64,000 nt of DNA from Myxococcales bacterium (GCA_047601445.1 JASGJH010000001.1:5760001-5824000); one strand, 5' to 3'. Positions 10,650-20,187 are shown, counted from the stretch's first letter. Numbers and translations: made by a program. The notes: generated by a model from the sequence alone, not told the origin.

Positions 10650-10831
10650 GAGGGCACGCGCCCTCCCCGCCCATCGCGGCAAAGCCGCGCCGGGACCCAC
10701 CCCTCCGCGAGGTTCGCTCCGCTCACGAGGTGTACCCGCGTCCCCACGCAAAGAGGGCACGCGCCCTCCCCGCCCATCGCGGCAAAGCCGCGCCGGGACC
10801 CACCCCTCCGCGAGGTTCGCTCCGCTCACGA
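10650..10831 (+). repeat. Two identical 79-bp structured direct repeats (REP-like)
   Basis: 10650-10728 is identical to 10753-10831, with a 24-bp spacer. Internal hairpins GAGGGC-acgc-GCCCTC and CGCGGC-aaa-GCCGCG. Confidence 0.95.
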
Positions 10832-10835
10832 CGCG

Positions 10836-11753
10836 TCACTGTACGAAGTATTGGATCGAACCCATCAGGGTGGTCTCGTTCCCACCCGAGATCATCTGCC
10901 GCAGGCTGAACTGCACGCCCACCTGCTGGCTGATGTAGCCGAGGCCCGCCGTCACGCCGTGCTGGTTGCGGCCCTGGTCATAGAGATAACCGCCGCGCAG
11001 CGGCGCCACGCCCTGGGCCAAGAACTCCAGGCCTCCGCCCACCAGCAGCATGGGCTTATCGAAGGTCTTGAGATCCACCAGCACGTCGCCGCCCAGGCCA
11101 AAGCCCGAAGTCCCGACGCTGTAGGCGGCCGAGCCACCGACCAGCATGGGGGCGAGCGGTGAGTGGGTATTGATCAGGTTGTAGCCGAGACCCGAAATCG
11201 AGAGCCCGTTGATCGGTCGCAAGGTGACGCTGGCGTCCATACTGAAGCGCGCGATCTTGAAGGTGCGGTCGGCGGGCTTGTCCGCCGTGGCCGGGTGCTC
11301 GGGAATCGCGTGTGGATCGCTGAGCGTATAGTGGACGTAGCGACCGCTCACACCGATCGACAGCATGTCGAGGATCGGGATGCCCAGGCCGACTTTGGCC
11401 TCCCAGCCCGAGTTGTCGCCGGCGCTGTTGTCGCCGAACACACCACGTGCGCTGGCACCCGCCGCCAGCTTGCTGGTCATGGAGTCCACCACCGAGGCGC
11501 CCCAGCCGGTGCGCCGGAAGGTTGGCTGATAGCCCACGAAACTCTCGAGGTGGTACATGCTCCCGAGCACCAGGTTCGACGCGTTGTCGGCCTGGGCTTG
11601 GGTGGACGCGGCCGAGGCGCGGGCACCCGTGCCGAGCGCCATGCCGCGCGTGGACTCGATGCGTGCCTCCGGGATCATCCGCTCGTCCGCCTGAGCGACC
11701 GATACACGAACTCCTTCGCACAACGTAAGCGCCGCCACCAAGACACCCAACAT
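10836..11753 (-). CDS. Putative outer-membrane beta-barrel protein
   Basis: Signal peptide; 'TRGMALG' N-terminal motif like PorV/FadL-type barrels; alternating beta-strand pattern; ends SIQYFVQ. Confidence 0.7.
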   Translation of the reverse strand: MLGVLVAALTLCEGVRVSVAQADERMIPEARIESTRGMALGTGARASAASTQAQADNASNLVLGSMYHLESFVGYQPTFRRTGWGASVVDSMTSKLAAGASARGVFGDNSAGDNSGWEAKVGLGIPILDMLSIGVSGRYVHYTLSDPHAIPEHPATADKPADRTFKIARFSMDASVTLRPINGLSISGLGYNLINTHSPLAPMLVGGSAAYSVGTSGFGLGGDVLVDLKTFDKPMLLVGGGLEFLAQGVAPLRGGYLYDQGRNQHGVTAGLGYISQQVGVQFSLRQMISGGNETTLMGSIQYFVQ

Positions 11754-12226
11754 ACGTGAGTGGATAAGCAACGCTCGCAGGGCCCCTAGTCGAACTCCCA
11801 TTCGTTCTCCGAACACGCCAAGGCTGACGTCCAGCTCTTACCAGCGATGTCGATCGCGGCAAAAATACTGGCACCCACTTGCAAAGTCGCTCGGATGCGC
11901 GCGCTCCCAAACGGCGCTGGCGAGCACGGCAGGGTCGATCGTGGGTATGCGTGGGTCCGGATGGCGATTTGGCAACGATTGTCTCGTTCGCGATCCTCAA
12001 GAAGGATTTTCGACCCCCAATGTGCGACCGAAAGATTTGCGATCTTCGTTGCTTACGAAATTGCGCACCGAGTCCGGTAGACGCGCCCTCCCGCGTTTGC
12101 TAGCGTCGCGGTCCGTTGGCTGGGGTGGGGGCATCGTTGACCCGGCAAGGGGACTACTAGAGCGAGTTGAGAGTCCCGTCATCCGGTGTCGTTTCAGTTG
12201 AAGCACGCAGTACGCGCGGTCCAGGC

Positions 12227-12246
12227 TGTGGATAGCCTGTGGATCG
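12227..12246. promoter_or_regulatory. DnaA boxes upstream of dnaA (likely autoregulation)
   Basis: TGTGGATAG (12227-12235, 1 mismatch to TGTGGATAA) and TGTGGATCG (12238-12246, 2 mismatches). Confidence 0.65.
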
Positions 12247-12282
12247 CACGAGTATCTCTTCTGTTCTAAAGGAGAATTTTGC

Positions 12283-13752
12283 ATGGAAGACCTGTGGGAA
12301 CGTGCCCTGCAGGACCTCAAGGGGAAGCTGTCTTCGGAGAACTTCGAGACCTGGCTTGCCCCGCTTGCTGTGGACCGGATGGATGAAGCAACGCTCACCC
12401 TTCGCGTTCCAAACAAGTTCTATGCGGACTGGCTCCAGACGCACTACCTCGACCTCGTTCGGGATGCCCTGCGTAACCATGGAGCACCAGTCTCCATGCG
12501 CGTGGACTTCAGCGTGTCCGAGCAGTCTCGTGCCCGTATCAATACGCGCCCGAGCGAGATCCCGGGAGCGATGACCGCGCGCCCGCGCGCGCCGAGTCCC
12601 GTACCTGGATCCCTCGCACCCGTGTCGGCCCACGCACCGGCAGTCCACAGCGGTCCGCAGGCGAGCGCGCCGTCACAGGGCGCTGCTCCTTCGCAGGGCG
12701 CTGCACAGGGTCCTTACGTGACGCCCGGCTCGGGCTTGAACCCGCGTTACAGCTTCGAAAATTTCGTGGTGGGTCCGTCGAATCAGCTCGCCCATGCCGC
12801 GGCGGTTGCCGCCGCATCCAGCCGGCAGAAGCGCTACAACCCGCTCTTCATCTACGGTGGCGTGGGTCTCGGCAAGACGCACCTGGTCAACGCAGTGGGT
12901 CACCGCGCGCTGGCGGACAACCCCAACCTGCGCATCCTCTTCGTGTCGGCCGAGCGCTTCACGAACGAGTTCATCTGGGCGCTGCAGAACCATCGCATCA
13001 ACGAATTCCGCGAGCGCTACCGCAACGGCTGCGACGTGCTGCTGATGGACGACATCCAGTTCCTGGCGGGTCGCGAGCAGACGCAGGAAGAGTTCTTCCA
13101 CACCTTCAACGCGCTGTACCACGCCGATCGTCAGATCGTGGTCACGAGCGACGTGTATCCGCAGCAGATCCCCGAGATGGAAGAGCGCTTGATCAGCCGC
13201 TTCCAGTGGGGTTTGGTGGCCGACATCCAGGCTCCCGAGCTCGACACTCGTATCGCCATTTTGAAGGCCAAGGCCGAGCAGGAACACATCACCCTGGCCG
13301 ACGACGTGGCGCTGTTCTTGGCCCAAGTGGTGAAGAGCAACGTGCGTGAGCTCGAGGGAACCCTGTTGCGCTTGGCGGTCAAGGCCGAGCTGGCCAACCG
13401 CAGCATCGACCTGGAGTTCGCCAAGGAAGCGCTGCGCGGTGTGCTGCCCAAGTCGGAGACGGCCACCACCGTCGAGGACATCCAGCGCGCCGTCTGCGAC
13501 TACTACAGCATTCGCCTCGCCGACCTGAAGAGCCACCGTCGCCACCGCGCGGTGAGCTTCCCGCGTATGGTCGCCATGTACCTGTGCCGGCAGCGCCTGG
13601 GAACGAGCTTCCCAGAGCTCGGCGACCGCTTCGGCGGCAAGGATCACACCACCGTGATGAGCGCGGTGCGCAAGATCGACGGCTTGATCAAGAACGAAGA
13701 TCCCGCGGTGATGAACGCGGTGGAAGCCATCGAGCGCAAGCTCAACCTGTGA
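12283..13752 (+). CDS. dnaA: Chromosomal replication initiator DnaA
   Basis: YNPLFIYGGVGLGKTHL, DDIQFL, QEEFFHTFN, NVRELEG, FGGKDHTTV; AAAGGAG ribosome-binding site upstream. Confidence 0.99.
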   Translation: MEDLWERALQDLKGKLSSENFETWLAPLAVDRMDEATLTLRVPNKFYADWLQTHYLDLVRDALRNHGAPVSMRVDFSVSEQSRARINTRPSEIPGAMTARPRAPSPVPGSLAPVSAHAPAVHSGPQASAPSQGAAPSQGAAQGPYVTPGSGLNPRYSFENFVVGPSNQLAHAAAVAAASSRQKRYNPLFIYGGVGLGKTHLVNAVGHRALADNPNLRILFVSAERFTNEFIWALQNHRINEFRERYRNGCDVLLMDDIQFLAGREQTQEEFFHTFNALYHADRQIVVTSDVYPQQIPEMEERLISRFQWGLVADIQAPELDTRIAILKAKAEQEHITLADDVALFLAQVVKSNVRELEGTLLRLAVKAELANRSIDLEFAKEALRGVLPKSETATTVEDIQRAVCDYYSIRLADLKSHRRHRAVSFPRMVAMYLCRQRLGTSFPELGDRFGGKDHTTVMSAVRKIDGLIKNEDPAVMNAVEAIERKLNL

Positions 13753-13772
13753 TCCGAGGCCGGCCAGCAGCG

Positions 13773-13813
13773 CCCCGAGGGAGCCCAGCGTTCCCCCGGG
13801 GTTTTTGTGTTTT
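13773..13813 (+). terminator. Intrinsic terminator after dnaA
   Basis: CCCCGAGGGAGC...GTTCCCCCGGGG stem followed by TTTTTGTGTTTT. Confidence 0.75.
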
Positions 13814-14089
13814 GGCGCCTCGCAAAGAGCCTGGAACGGGCCCAGCAAGCCCGCGCGAAGCGAGGCCTGACTGGCTTGCTCGGGAGGCGCGTGAAGCGAG
13901 CCCGAAGGCCGCCGCAGGGCCCAGCCAGGCCAGCCAGCGGCGGCCGACGTGCTGCACACAATCCAGCTCAGCGGCGACGCCTCGCGCTTCACACGGCCCC
14001 CGCCAGCTGCGCTCTGGCGCGAGCTCCGGTCGGCAGCGCGAGACGCCGAGCCGCGCCGTGCTCACGCTCGATCCCCGAGGTCCGACGCG

Positions 14090-14300
14090 CACTTTTTTTG
14101 CTTTTTTTCGCCCTGTGCTCAGCCCGTGCACAACCCTGTGGAATCCCGCTGTGTGCAGGATGTGCGTGGATGCTTCACAAACGATCCGGATCTCTTTCCC
14201 CTGCTCAAAAATCCGCATCCGTCAAAAAAGTTACGGACTTAGCCAGAACTATCCCCAATTCACAGGCGTTAAGACTAAGACGAGAGACTTAAATTCAGAT
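14090..14300. other. oriC: Replication origin oriC (dnaA-dnaN intergenic)
   Basis: AT-richer non-coding stretch with degenerate DnaA boxes, and CTATCCCCAATTCACA-GGCG-TTAAGACTAAGACGAG (14249-14284). This resembles the tandem DnaA box / GC / DnaA-trio basal unwinding element. Confidence 0.85.
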
Positions 14301-14445
14301 CTGCTTCCAGAGATCAGAGGGGCATGTGCATGACTCGAGCCCGTCCCGCTCGGTCTGCCTTCGGGATTCCTCCCCGCCCGCAAAGAGTGCTAAACAAAGC
14401 GCGGTTTCCGAGGCACGCGACCGGCGACGAGGGGCGGAGATTCAG

Positions 14446-15573
14446 ATGGAGCTCAGCATCAGCAAAAAGGACCTATTGCGTGGTCTCGCGCGCACCCATG
14501 CGGTGGCTGACCGCAAGAGCTCCATGCCGATCCTGTCCAACGTGCTGTTGTCGGCTGACGAAGACGGGGCACTCCGCTTCGCCGCCACGGACTTGTACCT
14601 GGCGGTGAACGCCAGTGCCGAGGCCAAGGTCAAGCGCGGCGGTTCGGTCGCCATCTCGGCTCGCACCCTGTTCGACATCGTGAAGAACCTGCCCGAGGGC
14701 GAAGTGAAGCTCGCGGTGGACAAGAACCACGCCGTGCAGCTCCGCTCGGGCAAGATCAAGTTTCGGATCCCCGGCATGCCCGGCGAAGACTTCCCGCCCC
14801 TGCCGAGCCCTGGCGAGGCTGCCTTCGCTGAGCTCGAAGCGGCCACGCTCGGCCAGCTCATCGGGCTCACCAGTTACTCCATGTCCAACGACGACACCCG
14901 GCCGCACCTGGCGGGCACGCTGTTCGAGAGCGACGGCAAGGTCGTGCGCATGGTGACCACCGACGGGCACCGTCTGTCCAAGGCCGAAGCGCCGAGCCCC
15001 GGCGTACCCACGTTCACCATGCTCGTGCCCCAGAAGGGCGTGCAGGAGCTCAAGCGCCTGATCGAAGACGTGCGCAACGACAAGACGCGCCCGCCCGACG
15101 AGCGCATCACGGTGAGCGTCGCCAGCGTGGGCGGCAACGCCTTCTTCCGCGGTCACGAGGTGCAGCTCAGCGTCAAGCTCGCGGATGAGCAGTTTCCCCC
15201 CTATGCCAAGGTGATTCCGCAGTCTCACACGCGGCGCGTGGTGGCGGCTCGTGAGTTGTTGGTGGACTCCCTGCGCCGCATCAGCCTGGTGGCCAGCGAC
15301 AAGAGCGGCGGCGTGCGCCTGATGTTGGAGCCCGGCAAGCTCGAGATCGTCAGCGAGAATCCCGACGTGGGTGAAGGCAGTGAGGAGCTCGACGTCGACT
15401 TTGCGGGCGAGAAGGTGGCCATCGGCTTCAACGCCCGCTACCTGCTCGAGGCCCTGTCTGCGCTGCCCGACGACGAGGTCGCGCTCGAGCTCGGTGGTGA
15501 GCTCGATCCGGGTGTGGTCCGCCCGTCCACGGACAATCGCTTCGTGGGCGTGATCATGCCCATGCGTATCTGA
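14446..15573 (+). CDS. dnaN: DNA polymerase III beta clamp
   Basis: MPILSNVLL, ATDL, TTDGHRLS, FPPY, IGFNARYLLE, VIMPMRI. Confidence 0.99.
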   Translation: MELSISKKDLLRGLARTHAVADRKSSMPILSNVLLSADEDGALRFAATDLYLAVNASAEAKVKRGGSVAISARTLFDIVKNLPEGEVKLAVDKNHAVQLRSGKIKFRIPGMPGEDFPPLPSPGEAAFAELEAATLGQLIGLTSYSMSNDDTRPHLAGTLFESDGKVVRMVTTDGHRLSKAEAPSPGVPTFTMLVPQKGVQELKRLIEDVRNDKTRPPDERITVSVASVGGNAFFRGHEVQLSVKLADEQFPPYAKVIPQSHTRRVVAARELLVDSLRRISLVASDKSGGVRLMLEPGKLEIVSENPDVGEGSEELDVDFAGEKVAIGFNARYLLEALSALPDDEVALELGGELDPGVVRPSTDNRFVGVIMPMRI

Positions 15574-15598
15574 GGCCGAGAGAGCGCGCCGCGGCACC

Positions 15599-16735
15599 AT
15601 GGAACCCGAGCAGGTCTCCGCCGACGCGATCCGCGACGCCATTCGACTCGAGTCACTGACGCTGTCCGGGTTTCGCAATCTCGGACCGCTCACGTTCGAG
15701 CCCGGACCGCGCTTCAACGTGATCTTCGGCGACAATGGAGCCGGCAAGAGCAACTTGCTCGAGGCGGTTACGTATCTCGCGACCCTGGGCAGCTTCCGCG
15801 ACGCCAAGAAGGAAGACATGGTGGCCCTGAACGCGCCGCGCGCGCTGATGCGAGCCAAGGTCTCGGGCAGGCCCCTCTCGCGTGAGTACAAGATCGCGCT
15901 GGAGCGTGAGTCGGCGCGCGTGGTGACCGTGGATGGGAAACGCCCGAGCTCCCTCGGCAGCTACTACGAGGGTATCCAGCTGGTGTTGTTCCACCCGGGT
16001 CACGTGGATTTGATGGCGGGTGGCCCCGAGCCGCGCCGCGCGTTCTTGGACCGTGTGCTCGAGCAGGTCGACGCGAGCTACGCGCGCAGCGTGGCGGACT
16101 ACGGCAAGGCCCTGCGCAGCCGCAATAGGTTGCTCAAGCAAGAGCAGATCGACGTGCGCTCCATCCGTGCCTACGACCCCATCTTGGCCGAGCTGGGAGC
16201 GCGCATCGGGCAGGCGCGCGCCAAGCTGGTGGCCGAGCTCAAGCCGCTCACGGAGGGCTTCTTCGCGGAGATCACCGAGCACGCGTTGCCGCTCGAGATG
16301 ACCTATGCGGCGCGCCACCGGCCCGATGAGCAGGCGCTGAGGGAAGCCTTGGCGCAGAGCTTCGAGAAGGATCGGGCGCGGGGTTTCACGGGCGTGGGGC
16401 CGCACGGCGACGATTTGCGCGTGGGTGTGGAGAAGAGCCTGGTCAAGCACCTGGCGTCACAGGGGCAGCACCGGGCGTTGGTGCTCTCGCTCAAGGTATC
16501 CGAGCTGTTCGTGCTCGCTCGGCGCACCGGGCGCATGCCGCTGTTCGTATTGGACGATGTGTCGAGCGAACTGGACCGCAGCAGGAACTCGAGGTTCTTT
16601 CGTCTGCTCTCGCGGCTCGGCGCCCAGGTGTTCTTGAGCACCACGCATCGTGAGTTCATTCTGCTGGAGAGCGACGAGCCCCAGGTGCGGGTCGATTTTC
16701 AGATGGAGCGTGGCGAGCTCAAGCGCGTGGGCTGA
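15599..16735 (+). CDS. recF: DNA replication/repair protein RecF
   Basis: FRNL, GDNGAGKSNLLEA, GPHGDDL, SQGQHR, LDDVSSELD. Confidence 0.98.
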   Translation: MEPEQVSADAIRDAIRLESLTLSGFRNLGPLTFEPGPRFNVIFGDNGAGKSNLLEAVTYLATLGSFRDAKKEDMVALNAPRALMRAKVSGRPLSREYKIALERESARVVTVDGKRPSSLGSYYEGIQLVLFHPGHVDLMAGGPEPRRAFLDRVLEQVDASYARSVADYGKALRSRNRLLKQEQIDVRSIRAYDPILAELGARIGQARAKLVAELKPLTEGFFAEITEHALPLEMTYAARHRPDEQALREALAQSFEKDRARGFTGVGPHGDDLRVGVEKSLVKHLASQGQHRALVLSLKVSELFVLARRTGRMPLFVLDDVSSELDRSRNSRFFRLLSRLGAQVFLSTTHREFILLESDEPQVRVDFQMERGELKRVG

Positions 16736-16736
16736 T

Positions 16737-17597
16737 TTAGAAGCGTCCGGAGAATACGAGCGCGAGGCCGGACTGCGAGAAGCTCGGTGTGATGCTCGTC
16801 TCGAGTTGCCGGCGATGGCGCTTGAGCTCCCTGATCTCGTGACTCGTTGCCGAGCGTGCGCGGAGGGCCTGCAGCAACCAAGCGCCGCTCGAAACGGCGA
16901 GCGGGGCAGAGGCAACGCTGAGCACCGAGATGGGTCCCATGGTTTTGCCGTCGAAGGGGCCTTCCTTACTGGCCGACCCGCTGTACCCAATCACCATGAA
17001 TCCCACCAAGGCGGCGATGGTCCCAGCTCCAGTTATCGCGAGCAACGTGGCGGCAGGCCAAACCGGGATCGGGTTTCGCTGCTGTTCGAGGGTCGTGATC
17101 TGCTGCTGAAGCGCGGCGATCTGATCTCGGCGCAAGATCAGAAAATTGCAGTCGCTCGCGGCACACTCGATGTTGGAGATCTGCTGATCGAGCTGATAGC
17201 GACGTTGACGAAGCTCGGCGATGCGTCGGCGCTGACGACCGTACTGTGCGCGTCGTAGGGCGAACACGGTGCCGCTGGCCGCGAATGCAGCGAGTGGAAT
17301 GGCGAAGTATCGCAGCGGAAAATCGTGACTCCGAATGCTCTCTGCCACGACCATGGCGCTGAAGCCGGCCCCCGTGACCGCCATCCCGATCAGCGGGGGC
17401 GTCATGCGCTCGGCACCGGGTTCCGCGGCGAGCAACGAGAGCTCCAGGTCGACTTGGGCGCGCTCGGCGCTGAGCTCACCGAGTCGAGCAGGATCGATCT
17501 GCACGCGCTGGGAGTTGAGTTCGATGTCCGCCGGGTCGCCGGACACCTGGGCTGCCGCGCTCGAGCTCGATGAAAGCAAGCACAGACACAGGCTCAT
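16737..17597 (-). CDS. Exported hypothetical protein with internal duplication and C-terminal Phe motif
   Basis: Signal-like N-terminus; two coiled-coil plus hydrophobic-hairpin modules; ends SGLALVFSGRF. Start uncertain. Confidence 0.6.
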   Translation of the reverse strand: MSLCLCLLSSSSSAAAQVSGDPADIELNSQRVQIDPARLGELSAERAQVDLELSLLAAEPGAERMTPPLIGMAVTGAGFSAMVVAESIRSHDFPLRYFAIPLAAFAASGTVFALRRAQYGRQRRRIAELRQRRYQLDQQISNIECAASDCNFLILRRDQIAALQQQITTLEQQRNPIPVWPAATLLAITGAGTIAALVGFMVIGYSGSASKEGPFDGKTMGPISVLSVASAPLAVSSGAWLLQALRARSATSHEIRELKRHRRQLETSITPSFSQSGLALVFSGRF

Positions 17598-17772
17598 GCT
17601 CCAGACGAAGGAGCGGAAAACCTGATCATGCGCGCCGGGCAGCGAAAATGACGTCACCTTGTGGGATGGTAGTCGCCAGGGGCCGTTCGATGCCACAAGG
17701 GCGAGCCGCGCGGGATGCGACTTTGGCGGGGTGATCGCCTGGAGTTGCGAATCCCAAGGGTTATTTCGAGGC

Positions 17773-19056
17773 TCACAGCGCGAACAAGCGATCCAGCGTG
17801 TCGCCGAACGGCGTGACCTCGCGTGGGCCCTGACAGAGTAGGGCATGGATGGCCGGCAAACGCGTGAGCACCTGGTCGAGTACGCGGTCGCTCCCCGGCT
17901 GCACCGCACCGAGCTCGAACAACTCTCGCTTGTGCTCGAAGTGCGCGAGCCAACCCCGCAGTCGGCGTGCGGCCTCGCGGTGGGGCGGCGAGACCAGCGA
18001 GTCCATCGAGCGCGAGAGGCTCTTCACCACGTCGATGGACGGGTAGTGACCGCGCTGACTCAGGGCGCGATCGAGCACGATATGACCATCCACCAAGCCG
18101 CGCACTTCGTCGGCCACGGGTTCGTCGAGATCGTTGCCTTCCACGAGCACCGTGTAGAAGGCGGTGATGGAGCCGCGTTCGCTCATGCCAGCGCGCTCGA
18201 TGAGCGGTGCCAGCTCCGCAAATGCACTCGGCGGAAAGCCTCGCCGTGCAGGCGGTTCGCCGGCGGCAAGACCCACCTCACGCGCGCTGCGCACCAGGCG
18301 GGTCAAGCTATCCATCAGCAAGAGCACGCGCATGCCCTGGTCGCGCAGAAACTCGGCGATGCAAGTGGCGAGCTGGGCGCTCTTGGTGCGCTCGAGGGCC
18401 GACGCGTCGCTGGTGGAGCACACCACCACGCTGCGGGCCCGGGTACGCTTATCGAGGGCATCTTCGAGGAACTCGTTGAGTTCCCGCCCACGCTCGCCGA
18501 TCAGACACGTGACGATGGCATCGACCTGGCAGCCCTGGGCAAGTCGCGCGATCAGGCTCGTTTTGCCGGCTCCCGCCGGGGCGAACACGGCCAAGCGCTG
18601 ACCTTCACCGACGGTGCACAGCGCATCCAGGGCGCGCACGCCGGTGGGCAATACTTGTTGGATGCGCGGGCGCGACAGTGCGGGTGGGCTCGGACGCCAG
18701 AGTGGCCAGGGATCGCCTTCGAGCGGACCGAGCCCATCGAGCGGGCGGCCGATTCCGTCGACCACGCGTCCGAGTAGGCCACCCACGCTGGCATGCACGC
18801 TGAGCGCCGGTCCCATCCACACCACGGGATCCCCGGCGCCGATACCCCGACTATCGCCGAGCGGCATCAACGAAACCAGGTCGCCCTCGAATGCGACCAC
18901 TTCGGCGTCCACGCTGGTGTCGGCGCGCTTGAGGATGCGGACCCAGTCGCCGCGGCGCGCTCCCGGCACTTCCGCCGTGAGGATCAATCCCTTGCTGCCG
19001 CGCACCTGTCCCTGCGTGCCCAAGAGATCGTTCAGCTTCAGCTCGCCCGTGCCCAT
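17773..19056 (-). CDS. FliI/YscN (SctN) family type III export ATPase
   Basis: Walker A APAGAGKT; IGERGRE; Walker B LLLMDSLTR; GEPPARRGFPPS; DGHIVLDR...HYPSIDV..SLSR. Confidence 0.93.
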   Translation of the reverse strand: MGTGELKLNDLLGTQGQVRGSKGLILTAEVPGARRGDWVRILKRADTSVDAEVVAFEGDLVSLMPLGDSRGIGAGDPVVWMGPALSVHASVGGLLGRVVDGIGRPLDGLGPLEGDPWPLWRPSPPALSRPRIQQVLPTGVRALDALCTVGEGQRLAVFAPAGAGKTSLIARLAQGCQVDAIVTCLIGERGRELNEFLEDALDKRTRARSVVVCSTSDASALERTKSAQLATCIAEFLRDQGMRVLLLMDSLTRLVRSAREVGLAAGEPPARRGFPPSAFAELAPLIERAGMSERGSITAFYTVLVEGNDLDEPVADEVRGLVDGHIVLDRALSQRGHYPSIDVVKSLSRSMDSLVSPPHREAARRLRGWLAHFEHKRELFELGAVQPGSDRVLDQVLTRLPAIHALLCQGPREVTPFGDTLDRLFAL

Positions 19057-19086
19057 CGGCTTACTGCCCCGCTCTGCTTCAGACCG

Positions 19087-20187
19087 TCAGGTCAAGAGAC
19101 CGCGCAGCTTGTCCAGGAAGCGTTTGCGCTCCGTGAGCCCCGAGTCGCCCATTTCGCGCGCCAATTCGGCGAGCAATTCTTTCGAGCGGGCGCTGACCTC
19201 GCGGGGAATCTCCACCACGATGGTGACCAGTTGGTCGCCCTTACCGACTCCGCCGAACACGGGCATGCCCTTGCCGCGCAGGCGAAACACCTTACCGCTC
19301 TCGGTGCCCGGTGGGAGCTTCATCTTCACCAGGCCCTCGAGCGTGGGCACGTCGAGCTGATCGCCCAGCACGGCCTGCGGATAGCTCACGGGCACCGTGC
19401 ACAGCAGGTCTGCGCCCTGACGTGTGAACAACGGATGCGGCTGGATGTGCACGTACACGTGCAGGTCGCCCTGACCCGACACGGTGTGCTCGCCGGCACC
19501 TCGCACGCTGCGGACGGCGCCGTCTTCCACACCGGCCGGCAAGCTGACCTTGAGCTGCTCGCGCTTGGGAGACACGCCCTGGCCGTGGCAGGTGGGACAC
19601 GGATGGGTGATCTGCTTGCCGGTGCCATGGCAAGCGTTGCACTCACGGGTGGCCGGCAGAATGCCGCGCTGGTAGCGGACCTCGCCCTTGCCGCGGCAGG
19701 CCGGACAAACCCCCGGCACGTGACCCTTGGCTGCCCCCGAGCCGGTGCAGCCCTCGCAGATCACGTTGCGCGTGAGCTCGATGGTTTTCTCACAGCCCAG
19801 GGCCGCTTCTTCGAAGCGCACCGTGAGGTCGTACTTGATGTCCTTGGCCTTTCGGCCTCGCTTGCCCCGGAACATGTCTGTAAACAGACCACCGAGGAGA
19901 TCCCCGAAAGCATCGAAGTCCACGGGGTCGCCGGCGCCCTGGCCGTTGCCCGTGAAAGCGGCGTGACCGATGCGGTCGTAGCGCTTGCGTTTCTCGACGT
20001 CGATCAGCACCGAGTACGCTTGGCTCGCTTCCTTGAAGCGGTCTTCTGCGCGAGGATCGTTGGGGTTTCGATCTGGGTGGAGTTCAATGGCGAGCTTGCG
20101 GTAGGCCCGTTTGATTTCGTCCTCGGTGGCCACGGAGGCCACCCCCAAGATCTCGTAGTAGTCGCGTTGGCTCGCCACGTTGGGCAT
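19087..20187 (-). CDS. dnaJ: Molecular chaperone DnaJ (class I)
   Basis: DYYEILG, HPD motif, four CxxCxGxG zinc-finger repeats, C-terminal domain. Confidence 0.95.
   Translation of the reverse strand: MPNVASQRDYYEILGVASVATEDEIKRAYRKLAIELHPDRNPNDPRAEDRFKEASQAYSVLIDVEKRKRYDRIGHAAFTGNGQGAGDPVDFDAFGDLLGGLFTDMFRGKRGRKAKDIKYDLTVRFEEAALGCEKTIELTRNVICEGCTGSGAAKGHVPGVCPACRGKGEVRYQRGILPATRECNACHGTGKQITHPCPTCHGQGVSPKREQLKVSLPAGVEDGAVRSVRGAGEHTVSGQGDLHVYVHIQPHPLFTRQGADLLCTVPVSYPQAVLGDQLDVPTLEGLVKMKLPPGTESGKVFRLRGKGMPVFGGVGKGDQLVTIVVEIPREVSARSKELLAELAREMGDSGLTERKRFLDKLRGLLT

Noticed and set aside
10650..10831. CRISPR array
   Set aside because: Only two 79-bp units with one 24-bp spacer; unit too long; no cas genes.
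11869..11883. Sigma-54 promoter TGGCACCCACTTGCA
   Set aside because: GG-to-GC spacing is 9, not the required 10.
14367..14393. CIRCE element before dnaN
   Set aside because: Only the right arm GAGTGCTAA is present; the left arm matches 4/9.
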